A DNA stretch of 64,000 nucleotides, taken from contig CAWIBO010000005.1 of assembly GCA_963834385.1 (NCBI GenBank), positions 96,001 to 160,000 on the forward strand, read 5' to 3'. A program made the position numbers and the translations under genes. The stretch is from an uncultured Verrucomicrobiae bacterium. GTDB lineage: Bacteria; Verrucomicrobiota; Verrucomicrobiia; Chthoniobacterales; UBA10450. The notes below the pieces were generated by a model. That model saw only the letters and a program-made list of their open reading frames with translations, did no database searches and was not told the origin of the DNA. This document shows, piece after piece, positions 50,768-61,508 of this stretch (the stretch's first letter is position 1; each line of letters opens with the position of its first letter).

Positions 50768-51901
50768 TTAACGCCGCCGCCGGTCGCGGTCGTCGCGGCG
50801 GTTGTCCCGGCGATCATCCCGTTTCTTTTCCGCCGCTTCTTTTTTGCCGGGCGCGTCGATCTGGCGGAACTGACCCTGGTTGCGGCTGGCCAGCCCCTGC
50901 AACATCCGGCGTTCCTCGGCTTTCTCGCCACCGGTGACATAATAGATCACATGCAGCTTGGCTTTTTTGGTCAGGGTTTTCTGGCCTTCGTCGGCCACCT
51001 TCCAAATCTCCGAATCCTCGATCGGAGCGAGACCTCCCCCTTCCTGGGCCGCAGTGGCATTGCCATCGGTGAGCATGTAAATCGTTTCCGGTCGGAGTTT
51101 GAAGGCTTCCTCGAGGGCGTAATCGTGCCGGGTGCCGCCGGGTCTGCCGCGCGGTTTGGCCCGGCCGAAATCGACTTCCTCCAGGATATGCTGGATGGCG
51201 GCCTGCTTGTTTTCCTCCGTCGCCGCCACCAGCTCCGGTTTCCACGAATAGGCGCCGCCTGACCATCGGACAATGCCGAAGCGCGTGGCCGGGGTCAGGT
51301 TTTCCACCAGGCGGATGGCCTCATCGCGCACGGCCTGGAACGCCTGCTCCTTCCCCTTCTTGAGCAGGGAACGCTCGGCGGCGTCACCGGTGCGGGTGAA
51401 CATCGAGTTGGAAACGTCGATCATGATGAGGATGTTGCTGCTGGTGTCGCGGATGCCGAAGAAGTTGATCTGCGAACCGGTGCCGGTGCCGCCGGCTGAG
51501 CCGGGTGCGCCGGTGGCCGCGCCGAGCCGGCTGGTGGCGCCGGCGGCGCCCATCATGACCGGCTGGGTGGCCTGCTTCGGGACGGGAAGCGAGGGCATGT
51601 CGGGCAGCGTGACCTTGGAAAGACCGGTGGTGAGGACGCGCTTGGTCACCGCCGGGGGAGCGCTCTGCGTTTTCTGCTGCATCTGCACCTTGTGCTGGAG
51701 GGCGCGCTCGGAGGGATTAGGCGATTTCGGCCCGGCCTGGAAGGTCAGCTTCCGTTTTGCGGTGTAGCGGGAGACGACGAAATAACCGGCGCCTACGCCG
51801 AAGAGAAGATGGACCGCGATGCTGACGATGAGGAATTCGCGGGCCCACCACCACGGCTTTTTCTTCGCCACAGGCGGTTGCGGGAGGGCAGGGTCTTCCA
51901 T
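50768..51901 (-). CDS. membrane-anchored vWA-domain protein
   Basis: SIAVHLL TM, Pro-rich linker, FFGI, IDVSNSM MIDAS, GGT, IYMLTDG. Confidence 0.8.
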   Translation of the reverse strand: MEDPALPQPPVAKKKPWWWAREFLIVSIAVHLLFGVGAGYFVVSRYTAKRKLTFQAGPKSPNPSERALQHKVQMQQKTQSAPPAVTKRVLTTGLSKVTLPDMPSLPVPKQATQPVMMGAAGATSRLGAATGAPGSAGGTGTGSQINFFGIRDTSSNILIMIDVSNSMFTRTGDAAERSLLKKGKEQAFQAVRDEAIRLVENLTPATRFGIVRWSGGAYSWKPELVAATEENKQAAIQHILEEVDFGRAKPRGRPGGTRHDYALEEAFKLRPETIYMLTDGNATAAQEGGGLAPIEDSEIWKVADEGQKTLTKKAKLHVIYYVTGGEKAEERRMLQGLASRNQGQFRQIDAPGKKEAAEKKRDDRRDNRRDDRDRRRR

Positions 51902-51957
51902 GGGTGGTCTGCTACCTTAGCCGTATGGGGATTGGGCGCGCCAGCGCGATCCGGGGA

Positions 51958-54900
51958 CTAACGCGAGATTCGCAGGCGAATATAACGGGGAGAAACTGTG
52001 CCGAGGTCGCGCACGGTCACGGTCCGGATGCCGTTAATGGTGGAATCGCTCAGGATCTGCACGGAGGCGGCGCTGCTGTCCCAGGTGCCCAGGTTGCCCG
52101 AGACTTCCGCCACGCGGGTGACACCGCCGGCGCCGGCCGGATGGCTGAAAGTCATGACGAGGTGGCCGCTGACCATTTGCACCGCGGGCAGTTTGTGGAC
52201 GTCGGGCGTGCTCGGATCGGAGCCAAGACCGAATTCCGCGAGGCTGCTCAAGCCGTCGCTGTCGAGATCAAGAGTGTCGTTCAGCGCATCGGGGATCAGC
52301 TCGCTCTGGCCGGGAATACCGGCGCCGGAACGGTTGAAATAGCGGATAAGGCCGCTCGCATTGGTGAGGCTGCCGCCCGGGGCCAGGCCCAGCGTGGAAG
52401 AGACGGTAAGGGTGCGGCCGGCCGTGTCGATCGCTCCCTGGACGTTGAGGCTCCCGGGAATAACGGCGTCATTCGTGAGCGTCCACGTTTTGCCGGAGGG
52501 GATGGTGGCTGACCCGTCATTCCCCAGGACGAGGATTTGGAAGGTCTGGGCGGCCACTTCGTTGCTGGTAAAGCGTTCGAGCACGATGGAGAACAGATCG
52601 CCGCCGCCGACGTTCGGGATGCCGCTGAGCACACCGGTGTCCTCGTCCAGGGCCAGGCCGGGCACGGGTTCGTTCCCGGCACCAAAGCGAAATTTCGGCA
52701 CCTGGTTCAGGGCGCCGGAGCGGAGATCAGCGACGAACTGTGTGTTGTTGCCGCCATTGCCGGCGCCCGGCGTGACCGGGGGCGCGGTGGCGTTGCCGAT
52801 GATCCAATTGGCCAAAAGATCGGCGCCTGCGTCGGTGTTCCCGGTGAAATAAGCGCCCTTGTTCGCGCCGACCGAGCCGAATTTGGGATCGTAGACGTTT
52901 TCATTATTCAGGGAGAGCGCGTCCACGATGACCCCGCCGGTGCTGCTCCGGACGACGATGCTCTCCGCGCCGCTGTTACCCAGGCCGCCCCAGGTGCCGG
53001 CGGTAAAGAGCGTGGCGTTGTTATGCGGCGCGATGACCGTCTTGCTCGCGATATTGACGCTATCGGCGGGCAGGACGGTATCCTTGTCGCCGGCGTTATA
53101 GATAACGATGAGAGTGCCGGCGGGCACGTTGCTCCAGACACCGCCACCCTTGAAGGTGGTGTAGGTGCCCTGTCGGTCGGCCACGGTGTAGCCGGAGAGG
53201 TCGGAGGGAACCAGGACCAGCAGCTCGATCCATTCCTTGCTGCCGCCATTGCCCTGGCTGAACTCGTTGATGATCAGCGACCGCGAAAACTGCGCGTTTT
53301 GTCCGGTGACGAAGAGATCGGAGTCGTAGGAGAAAGCCTGTCCATGCTGGGTCAGGGAAGGTGGCCGCCGGTTGACCGCGACGGCGGTGGTGTAGAAAGG
53401 CGCGCCACTCGCCCCACCGGCACTGGGCGTGATGCGGCAGCGCACAAGATGTCCGCTCTGGGCTTCACCAAGGGCAAGACTGGCGGTCGTGGCCCCGGGG
53501 ATGGGCGTAAAAGCAACGTTATCCGCCGTCTGTTCCCACTCATAAGCCAGGGTCACCGGGTCGCCTTCGGGATCGTTCGCGGTGACACTGGAAACCATCA
53601 GAATTTGATCGGTGAAAGCCGTGCCGGAGGGAAGAATGGTCGCGGCGGTCACGACAGGCGGCTGATTGACCGGGCCCGCCGGGGTGCCGAAGACCTTGAG
53701 GGAGACGCTGGTGAGTGTGCCCAAGTCGGTCGCGGCGAGATCGGCGATCTGGAGGGTCCAGGTCCCCTGGGAATTCTCGGCCCAGTTGCGCACGGTGGAA
53801 AAGGTCCAGCTGCTGTAGTTGTCGCCGCTGTCACTATGAACCTCGGAGAGGCGGCTGGCGGTGCCATTGGGCGAGGTCAGGGTGATGGCCAGGTCCCCGC
53901 GATAGGTGTGGGTAACGCTGACCGTAACGGTGACGTGTTCGACCCGAATGTTTGTGGCGGAAAGATCGAAGGTCCGTGTGATACCGGTGGGATTATTGTC
54001 GGGGATGGCCACGCTCAGGCCGGACTGGGTGGAGGTCGCGCTGGTTTGCGCGCCCAGATTGGACCAGGTGGCGGAGAGGGCCACGGCGGCATCGACGTCC
54101 ATCATTCCGGCGCCAAAATTATGGTTAAAATTCAGGCCGGCCGCGTTGACGATCCAATCGGCGTTGGACGGGTTCACCTTTTTGGCGGTACGAATCAGGA
54201 TCTCCTGCACGTCGCGCCAGCCGAGGTTGGGATTGACCTGCAGCATGAGGGCGACGCCACCGGCGGCGAGCGGCGTGGCGGAGGACGTGCCGCCAAAATC
54301 GTTCGTGTAATTGTTGTCGGAAAGTTCGCCGGCCACCGCGCCGTTGTTGTATCCGCTGGTGCCGGTCAGGTCGGTGGTGACGATCCCGAGGGTACCGGTG
54401 GTCCCGCTGGAGGGCGCGGAGATGACGACGTTCGCGCCCGGCTCACTGTAAAACGCCCGGTTGCCCTTGTTGTCCACGGCCCCGACCGAAATCGTGTAGA
54501 TCGAGTTGGCGTAGCCATCGTAGTTCGAGTTATCGAGCGAGCCCGCGCCATTGCCGCCGGCCCAGAGGATGATTGTGCCAAGCCCGCCGCGCCCCGTCTG
54601 GGCGGCGTTGGCCAGCGCAGCAGCGGTCAGGCTGCCGGGTCCTTCGAGGGTGGAGCCGTCGTCAGACGGTCCCCAGGAATTGCTCTTCACCTGGATCAGG
54701 TCGTTTCTCCAGGCCATGGCGTCCGCCTCCTGCGAGTCGGTCGTGGCCGCGCCGATCAGGCGCAAGCCGACCAGGGTCGCTTCCGGGGCGGCGCCGGAAA
54801 CGCCGACCCCGTTGTTGCCGCGTGCCGCGGCCACGCCGGCACAGGAGGTGCCGTGAAAATCAAAGGCGACGTTCGGGCTCGGGTCGTCGGGGGTGGCGTC

Positions 54901-55647
54901 GTTCCAATCATGGTCGTTCACCGTGTCGATGTTCGGTGAGAGATCGGGATGCGTGAGCTGGAGGCCGTCATCAACAATGCCGATGCGGATGCCGGTGCCG
55001 CGGTAGGTGTTCCAGACGTTGGTGAGATTGACGTCGGTCCCGGCGAGGCCACCGCTCTGCCCGGTGTTGGCGAGGTGCCATTGCTGGTTAAAGAAAGTGT
55101 CGTTTGGAATCAGCTTCTTCACCTGTTGCCGGGCCAGTTCCGGCTCCGCGCTGATGACTTCCGCCGAGCCCCGCAGCGCTTTCGCGGCCGCCAGCGCGCC
55201 CCCGGTGCGGGTCGCTTCAAAAATGGCGTAGTCGCCGGCCGGGGCGGGTCCGCGATAAACAAGGCGGTGCCGCCGCGCGATCTTCACCGGATCAGTCCCC
55301 GGGCGGAGCCGGGCCGTGATCAGGCGGGTCAGGATGCGGCGCTGGGCGTCGGTCCGGGCTGCTCCCTTTTCGTAGAGGACCAGGCGCGCCTCTTTTCGGC
55401 GGGCCTGCCCGAGGACGATGGCTTCGCGCCGGGCCGCTTCCGCGTTGCCGGCGCGGATGGCCACCTTCTCGCCCGGGCCGCTGGCGTCGTCGAGGTGGAC
55501 TTCGTCCGTGGCGATCTCAAAGACGCGCGGTTGTCCCGCGTCCTGAATGACCTGTTCGGAGGCGGAGATGGTGGCGTCGACCTGGGCGTGGACGATGGAA
55601 AATGAGGCCAGCGCGAGGCCGGCAAGGAGCAGATGGGGGGATTTCAA
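51958..55647 (-). CDS. secreted S8 kexin/furin-like protease with P-domain and accessory domains
   Basis: Signal peptide; IVDDG, HGTSCAG, AGGNG, GTSSATP; WRDVQEIL; VEHVTVTV..HTYRGDL..LTSPNGT P-domain; IINEF..EWIEL lamin-tail-like domain. Confidence 0.92.
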   Translation of the reverse strand: MKSPHLLLAGLALASFSIVHAQVDATISASEQVIQDAGQPRVFEIATDEVHLDDASGPGEKVAIRAGNAEAARREAIVLGQARRKEARLVLYEKGAARTDAQRRILTRLITARLRPGTDPVKIARRHRLVYRGPAPAGDYAIFEATRTGGALAAAKALRGSAEVISAEPELARQQVKKLIPNDTFFNQQWHLANTGQSGGLAGTDVNLTNVWNTYRGTGIRIGIVDDGLQLTHPDLSPNIDTVNDHDWNDATPDDPSPNVAFDFHGTSCAGVAAARGNNGVGVSGAAPEATLVGLRLIGAATTDSQEADAMAWRNDLIQVKSNSWGPSDDGSTLEGPGSLTAAALANAAQTGRGGLGTIILWAGGNGAGSLDNSNYDGYANSIYTISVGAVDNKGNRAFYSEPGANVVISAPSSGTTGTLGIVTTDLTGTSGYNNGAVAGELSDNNYTNDFGGTSSATPLAAGGVALMLQVNPNLGWRDVQEILIRTAKKVNPSNADWIVNAAGLNFNHNFGAGMMDVDAAVALSATWSNLGAQTSATSTQSGLSVAIPDNNPTGITRTFDLSATNIRVEHVTVTVSVTHTYRGDLAITLTSPNGTASRLSEVHSDSGDNYSSWTFSTVRNWAENSQGTWTLQIADLAATDLGTLTSVSLKVFGTPAGPVNQPPVVTAATILPSGTAFTDQILMVSSVTANDPEGDPVTLAYEWEQTADNVAFTPIPGATTASLALGEAQSGHLVRCRITPSAGGASGAPFYTTAVAVNRRPPSLTQHGQAFSYDSDLFVTGQNAQFSRSLIINEFSQGNGGSKEWIELLVLVPSDLSGYTVADRQGTYTTFKGGGVWSNVPAGTLIVIYNAGDKDTVLPADSVNIASKTVIAPHNNATLFTAGTWGGLGNSGAESIVVRSSTGGVIVDALSLNNENVYDPKFGSVGANKGAYFTGNTDAGADLLANWIIGNATAPPVTPGAGNGGNNTQFVADLRSGALNQVPKFRFGAGNEPVPGLALDEDTGVLSGIPNVGGGDLFSIVLERFTSNEVAAQTFQILVLGNDGSATIPSGKTWTLTNDAVIPGSLNVQGAIDTAGRTLTVSSTLGLAPGGSLTNASGLIRYFNRSGAGIPGQSELIPDALNDTLDLDSDGLSSLAEFGLGSDPSTPDVHKLPAVQMVSGHLVMTFSHPAGAGGVTRVAEVSGNLGTWDSSAASVQILSDSTINGIRTVTVRDLGTVSPRYIRLRISR

Positions 55648-55756
55648 GTGCGCGCTGTTTAGCTGGCGGGCGCCGCGGCTTCAATCAAAAAGCGTCGCTT
55701 TGACGGAAGAACCCGTAACATTCCTGTGGCGGCCTTCTTGCAGCCTCTCTTTAATC

Positions 55757-57157
55757 ATGACGATTAGCGACCCAATTTTTGCGGGGCGCATCCAGCTTTT
55801 GCGGGGCGGGGAGGGGGCGAAAGGCGATTACGTCCTCTACTGGATGCAGCAGTCGCAGCGCGCCCGGTGGAACCACGCGCTCGAGTACGCGGTCCTCCGG
55901 GCGAACGCGTCCGGCCTTCCCCTGGTCGTCTGCTTTGGCCTCACCGCCGGTTATCCCGAGGCGAACCTCCGCCATTACACTTTTCTCCTGGAAGGCCTCG
56001 CCGACACCGCGCGCGCCCTTGAGAAACGGGGCGCGCGTTTTGTCCTCCGGCTGGGCGAACCTGACGCGGTGGCCCTGGCCCTGGGCAAAAAGGCCGCCCT
56101 GATCGTTTGCGATCGCGGGTATCTCCGCCACCAGAAAGCATGGCGCCGCCGGGTGGCGCGCGAGGCGCGCTGCCCGGTCGAGCAGGTGGAAAGCGATGTC
56201 ATCGTGCCGGTGAACATCGCCTCGGACAAGGCGGAGTATGCCGCCCGCACCCTGCGGCCGAAGCTGCAGCGCGTCCTGGAGGAATTTCTCCGCCCGGTGC
56301 GCCCGGCAAAACTGAAACAGAAGGCGACGCGGCTGAAGCTGGCGGGGGAACCGCTCGACGACCCGGCGATGCTGCTGCGCAAACTGAAGCTGGACCGTTC
56401 CGTCGGCGACGTATCCGAATTTTTTCGCGGGGGCACGGGTGTGGCGGAAAAGATTTTCCGGAAATTTTTGCGGGAGAAGTTCGCCGATTACCGCGAACAC
56501 CGGAACCAGCCGCAGACGAACGATGTTTCGCACATGAGCAAGTATCTGCATTTCGGGCAGATCTCGCCGCTTTGGCTGGCCTGGGAGGCACGGCGCGCCG
56601 GGCGGGCCGGCCGGCAGAACGTTTACAGTTTCATCGACGAGCTGCTGGTCCGGCGCGAGCTCTCCATGAACTGGTGTGAGTTCAACGAAAAGTACGACGA
56701 CTACGCCTCGCTGCCGGATTGGGCCCGGACCACGCTGGCGGAGCACCGGAACGACAAGCGCCCCCACCGCTACCGCCGGGCGGAACTGGAAGCGGCGAAA
56801 ACGCACGATGAATACTGGAACGCGGCCATGCGCGAGATGACCGCGACCGGCTACATGCACAATTACATGCGGATGTACTGGGGCAAAAAAATCCTCGAAT
56901 GGTCGAAAACGCCGGAAGAGGCGCATGCCGTCACCCTGGCCCTGAACAACAAATATTTTCTCGATGGCCGCGATGCCAATTCCTTTGCCAACGTCGCCTG
57001 GGTCTTTGGCCAGCACGATCGGCCCTGGGGCGAACGCGAAATTTTCGGCAAGGTCCGTTACATGAACGCGCGCGGGCTCGAGCGGAAGTGCGACATCAAG
57101 GCCTACGTCGAGAAGGTGGAGAAATTGAGCCGCAGGTCGGCCGCGAGCGGGAAGTGA
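55757..57157 (+). CDS. class II CPD photolyase
   Basis: VLYWMQQSQR, SHMSKYLHFGQIS, ELLVRRELS.N, GYMHNYMRMYWGKKILEW, LDGRDAN, HDRPW, IFGKVRYM. Confidence 0.95.
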   Translation: MTISDPIFAGRIQLLRGGEGAKGDYVLYWMQQSQRARWNHALEYAVLRANASGLPLVVCFGLTAGYPEANLRHYTFLLEGLADTARALEKRGARFVLRLGEPDAVALALGKKAALIVCDRGYLRHQKAWRRRVAREARCPVEQVESDVIVPVNIASDKAEYAARTLRPKLQRVLEEFLRPVRPAKLKQKATRLKLAGEPLDDPAMLLRKLKLDRSVGDVSEFFRGGTGVAEKIFRKFLREKFADYREHRNQPQTNDVSHMSKYLHFGQISPLWLAWEARRAGRAGRQNVYSFIDELLVRRELSMNWCEFNEKYDDYASLPDWARTTLAEHRNDKRPHRYRRAELEAAKTHDEYWNAAMREMTATGYMHNYMRMYWGKKILEWSKTPEEAHAVTLALNNKYFLDGRDANSFANVAWVFGQHDRPWGEREIFGKVRYMNARGLERKCDIKAYVEKVEKLSRRSAASGK

Positions 57158-57870
57158 TCCGAGGCCATTCGGCTGAGCGGTGTCTTTTCCACCCAAACCC
57201 GATCGGCCACCAGGCAGTCGTTCACAAAGATGTGGTCTACTGCGAGGAGGGGCCGGCCGGTCGGGTAGGAGGCGAGCGAGCCCGATTCACGTGTCCGCTG
57301 CGAGACCCGGGTGAGATTTTGCGAGAGGAGCTGGAGGGCGCGCGAACGGGGTGTGCTGTTGAAGTCCCCCAGGAGGATGACCGGTTCATGCGGGGGAATC
57401 AGGCCGAGCCAGTCCGGGCCGGCGAGCTGGCGCGCCTGTTCCGGCCGTTCCCGCCAGCCGAGCCCGAGATGGGTATTGAGGCAATGGAGAATGCCAAAGG
57501 GCGAATCGATCGCCACCCAGAGCGCACCGCGCGTCTCCCGGCAATACCAGGGGCTGGGGCAGGTGAGCTCGGCCGCGTGCCGGACTTCAAACGGCAGCCG
57601 GCTGATGATGGCATCGCCGTAATGCTCGTCGCCCACGCGCATGGCCGGGTGGAAAGCGCGGTGCCAGCCGAGTTCCGCGGCAATCAGGGCGGCCTGATCA
57701 ACGCCGGCACTGCGTTTCCGGTTCAGGTCGAGCTCCTGCAAGCCGACGACGTCCGCGCCGAGCGCGGCAATGACCTCGGCGATCCGCTTCTCCGACCGCC
57801 GGCCGTCGGTGCCGACGCAACTGTGGACGTTGTAGGTGACGACGCGAAGGCGCGCCGGGTCCGCGGCCAT
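57103..57870 (-). CDS. endonuclease/exonuclease/phosphatase family protein
   Basis: TYNVH, GLQE, NTHLGL, GDFN, DHIF, SDHFPL. Confidence 0.9.
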   Translation of the reverse strand: MAADPARLRVVTYNVHSCVGTDGRRSEKRIAEVIAALGADVVGLQELDLNRKRSAGVDQAALIAAELGWHRAFHPAMRVGDEHYGDAIISRLPFEVRHAAELTCPSPWYCRETRGALWVAIDSPFGILHCLNTHLGLGWRERPEQARQLAGPDWLGLIPPHEPVILLGDFNSTPRSRALQLLSQNLTRVSQRTRESGSLASYPTGRPLLAVDHIFVNDCLVADRVWVEKTPLSRMASDHFPLAADLRLNFSTFST

Positions 57871-57872
57871 GG

Positions 57873-59170
57873 CTACAGTTGAGAACGGAAGATGGCCGCG
57901 GCGTTGCCAAGGAGGCGCTGCGACAGCGGCCGGCGCTGCCAGTCCGCCAGCGTGACCTCGCGCGAACGCGCCTTGTCCTCCTCAAAAATCTCGATGATGC
58001 CGCCGGCAGAAATTCAGTGTCGAGGACGTTCAGGTTGGCCTCCTCGTTCAGGCGCAGCGAGCGGTTGTCGAAATTGGCGGAACCGACCGAGGCCCAGCAT
58101 TCGTCGACGAGGAAATATTTGCAGTGGAACCGCGCCGGCAGGTACTCGTAGAAGCGAGCCCCGGCTTCCAAAAGCGGTTTCCAACGCGTCTGGCCGACCA
58201 GTCGGATGGTCTGGGCGTCGATGTCGGGGCCGGGCGTAATGATCTCCACCTTCACGCCGCGCTGGCAGGCCTCAACAAGGGTTTGGCGGCAAAGGTCGTC
58301 CGGGATGAAATAGGCATTGGCGATCCGGATATGCCGGCGGGCAGCGGCGATGGAGAGAAGCAGCATCATGCGGGCGCTGTCGGCCCCCTCGCTGTTGGAG
58401 CTCTTGAAAACCTGGGACCGCATCTCGCCGTGCTCGGTGATCGCAGGAAAATAAATGTCGCCATGCAAAACCTGCGCGCGCGTCTGCATCCAATTGTCCA
58501 TGAAAGCGTGTTGCATTTGGCCAACGGTCGGCCCGCGCACCCGGTAATGGTTGTCGCGCCAGTGGCCACGGGTGCGCCCGTCGCCGAGCCATGGGTCCGC
58601 AATGCCGGCTCCGCCGATGAATCCGGTTCGGCCATCGACCACCAACAGCTTGCGATGGGTGCGGAAGTTCATCTGGAGCAAATTGGCGAAGCGAAAGATT
58701 TCGAGCTCGACCGGCGCTTCGCGCAGCAGGTTCAGCGAAGGTCCCCTCAGGCCGTCGCAGCCAAGCGCATCCTGCAGCACGTGGACCTTCACCCCTGCGC
58801 GGGACTTGGCCGCGAGTGCCTGGGCAAAGACATGGGTCAGCATTCCCTCCGTCCAAAGGAAATTCTCCATGGTGATGGAGTGCTCGGCCGACTCGATCGC
58901 CTCCAGCATGGCCGGATAAATCTCGTCCCCGTTGCGCAGGATGGTGATCTCATTCCCTTCCAGGAGGGGCGGGCCAAGCAGGGTGCCCATGGTGCGGCCG
59001 AAGGTGTCGTCGCCGCAGCGGTAATCGGCGTGGATCGGACAGCGGATTTTCTTTTCGGACTCGAGAAAGTTCCGGGTGATGAAAAGCGTGACCCCGGTGA
59101 TGCCGGCGGCCCAGGCCATGCGGACGGGCCAGTTCGGCTTGCAATGGGGAAGTCGCCGCATCCCGTGCAC
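57873..59170 (-). CDS. cardiolipin synthase-like phospholipase D; frameshift near 58010
   Basis: Two HKD motifs, HRKLLVVDG and HCKYFLVDE; GSANFDNRS; true tail ...IFRSQL* ends at 57873. Confidence 0.9.
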
Positions 59171-59222
59171 TAGCTACGACGGGCGGGAGATGCAACCGAT
59201 AACCCAATAAACCGGTGACCTG

Positions 59223-59255
59223 CGCAGCAGGTTTTTCCGCGGAGTTCCTGCTGCG
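59223..59255. terminator. hairpin immediately downstream of recQ
   Basis: 9-bp stem cgcagcagg/cctgctgcg; no clear U tract. Confidence 0.4.
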
Positions 59256-59257
59256 GC

Positions 59258-61064
59258 TCAGGCGGCGCTTTCGTGGAGCGTAATTGCAGCAAGGAACGTC
59301 TCGGCGAAATCCCGCAGTTTCTGTTCGCCCACGCCCGGCAGGTCGCCAAACTGAGGTCTTGCCGGCCGGCTTGGCCGCGGCCATGGCCCGCAGGGTGGCA
59401 TCGGAAAAGATCACGTAGGCCGGGACGCCACGCGCGTCGGCCAGCTCACGCCGCACCTGGCGCAGTTTCTCGAAGAGAACCTCGTCGCACTCGATTTCAC
59501 CGGCGCGCCGCCGGCGTTTTTTTCCCGGGGCGGAGGCCGCCACCTGCGTGAGCGTGATCGGGCGTCGCTCGCGCAGGGCGGCCCGTCCCTCGGAGTGAGG
59601 GAAAGGGTGGCGAACTTCCCGGGGGCGGCTTCCACCAACCCCAGCCGGAGCAACTCGCGCCCGAGGGCCTGCCAGCGTTTCCGGTCAAGCTCCGCCCCGA
59701 TGCCGTAGGTCGAAAGCTGCTCGTGCCCGCGCCGTTTGATCGCCTCGTTCGCTCCGCCGACCAGCACCTCGACCACGTGATTGAGACCGAAGCCGAAGCC
59801 TTCCCGCGCGTGAATGCGATGGACGCAGGAAAGGAATTTCTGGGCGGGAATGGTGCCGTCGAAAGTTTCGCGGGGCTCCAGGCAGTTGTCGCAGCCGCCG
59901 CAGTTGGTTCCCGGGGTGTTTTCCCCGAAATAGGCGAGCAGGGTGGCACCGCCGGCAGTCCCGCGTTTCCGCGTAGTCCACCATGGTGCGAAGCTGTTCG
60001 CGGGCGAGACGCTGTTCCGTCTCGCTCTTTTCGTCGATGAACCGGCGTTGTTTCACGACGTCGCCCGCGCTGAAAAGGAGAATGCAATCGGCGGGCAGCC
60101 CATCGCGCCCGGCGCGTCCGGTCTCCTGGTAGTAGCTCTCGAGGTTCTTGGGCAGATCGTAGTGCACCACGAAGCGGACGTTCGGCTTGTTGATGCCCAT
60201 GCCGAAGGCGATGGTCGCGGCGATCACGCGGACGTCGTCGCGCAGGAACGCCTCCTGGTTCTTCGCGCGCTTCTTCGGGTCGAGCCCGGCGTGATAAGGG
60301 CGCGGCGGGGATTCCATCCGCGCGCAGTTTCTCCGCCACGCTCTCCGTCACTTTGCGGCTGGCGCAATAAATGATGCCGCATTCTCCCGGGCGCGCCTGG
60401 ACGAAGGGTCCGGAGCTGCTCGTAAGCGGAACCCTTGGCCTCGCACCCGGTAGGTGAGATTCGGCCGGTTGAAGCTGGCGACGTAACACTTCGGCTCGCG
60501 CAGTTTCAGTTGCTTCAGGATGTCGTCCCGCACCCGTTCCGTGGCGGTGGCGGTCAGCGCCATCACCGGCACGTCGGGGAAATGCGAGCGGATCTTCTTC
60601 AATTCCCGGTATTCCGGCCGGAAATCGTGGCCCCATTCGCTGATGCAATGAGCTTCGTCGATCGCGATCTGGGCGATGTTCCAGTTGAGCGCGCGGTCGA
60701 GGAAACCCTCGAGCATGAGACGCTCCGGGGCGACATAGAGCAGGCGATAATCGCCGCGGTGCAGGTCGCGCAGGCGGGAACGCGCTTCGCCGGCCTCGAG
60801 GGTCGAGTTGAGAAAGGTGGCGGGCACCCCGGCCGCCCGGAGGGCGTCGACCTGGTCCTTCATCAGGGCGATCAGAGGCGAGACGACAATGGTCAGCCCA
60901 TCCCGGAGAAGGGCGGGCAGCTGGAAACAAAGCGATTTGCCGCCGCCGGTCGGCATCAGGGCGAAAACATCGCGCCCGGCGAGCGCGTCGCGCACGATCT
61001 CCTCCTGTAACGGGCGAAACTCGTCGTAGCCGAAGTATTTTTTAAGGGCGCTGTGGAGATCCAC
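59258..61064 (-). CDS. recQ: DNA helicase RecQ (helicase, RQC, HRDC); several frameshifts
   Basis: MPTGGGKSLCFQLPA, DEAHCISEWGHDFRPEY, ATIAFGMGINK, YYQETGRAGRDG, LSTYGIG, VPAYVIFSDATL across four or more frames. Confidence 0.93.
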
Positions 61065-61127
61065 CGCGGCATGTTGATTTCGAATGGGCCCGGCCACAAG
61101 CCAAAGCGCGGCCGCCCGCGCGCCGTC

Positions 61128-61508
61128 TCACGGTTCCTCGTAGCCCAGCACCCGCGCGCTCATCGCGCCGCGGGCCGGGTCGTTCTGGAACATCACCCAG
61201 GCCTCGCGCTGTCCGCGGCGGGGCAGGAACTGGAGATTAACCTCCGCCTCCTCGGGCCCTTCGGAAGAATTCAGCGTGACCCGCAACTGCACGTTTTCGG
61301 CCGTGTGATCCCCCGCGTTCCGCACCCGGAGAGGCACGGCGAACTGATCACCGCGAGGCTCGGGCGTCCCGATCTCGATGCGGATATCGGGCGGCGAATC
61401 GTCCACCTGCCGGCTCTGGAGGACAAGGAAGATGAGGACCGCGGCGATGAGCAGGGCGCTGAAGCCGAAGACGGTCCATTCCAGCCAGTTTTTCTTGACG
61501 CTTTTCAT
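61128..61508 (-). CDS. TIGR02588 family protein
   Basis: KNWLEWTVF, VRNAGDHTAENV, VLGYEEP; follows the TIGR02587 gene with a 4-nt overlap. Confidence 0.8.
   Translation of the reverse strand: MKSVKKNWLEWTVFGFSALLIAAVLIFLVLQSRQVDDSPPDIRIEIGTPEPRGDQFAVPLRVRNAGDHTAENVQLRVTLNSSEGPEEAEVNLQFLPRRGQREAWVMFQNDPARGAMSARVLGYEEP

Noticed and set aside
52537..54939. 800-aa plus-strand ORF and similar long antisense ORFs (e.g. 41129-43057, 36686-38314, 1079-2584)
   Set aside because: Shadow ORFs opposite well-supported genes, expected from high GC3; no recognisable motifs.
55648..55756. LexA (SOS) box upstream of photolyase, ku or recQ
   Set aside because: The verrucomicrobial TGTTC-N4-GAACA motif was not found in these upstream regions.
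59258..61064. recQ as a pseudogene or programmed frameshift
   Set aside because: All domains are present and indels are window-wide; no convincing slippery site. Sequencing error is more parsimonious.
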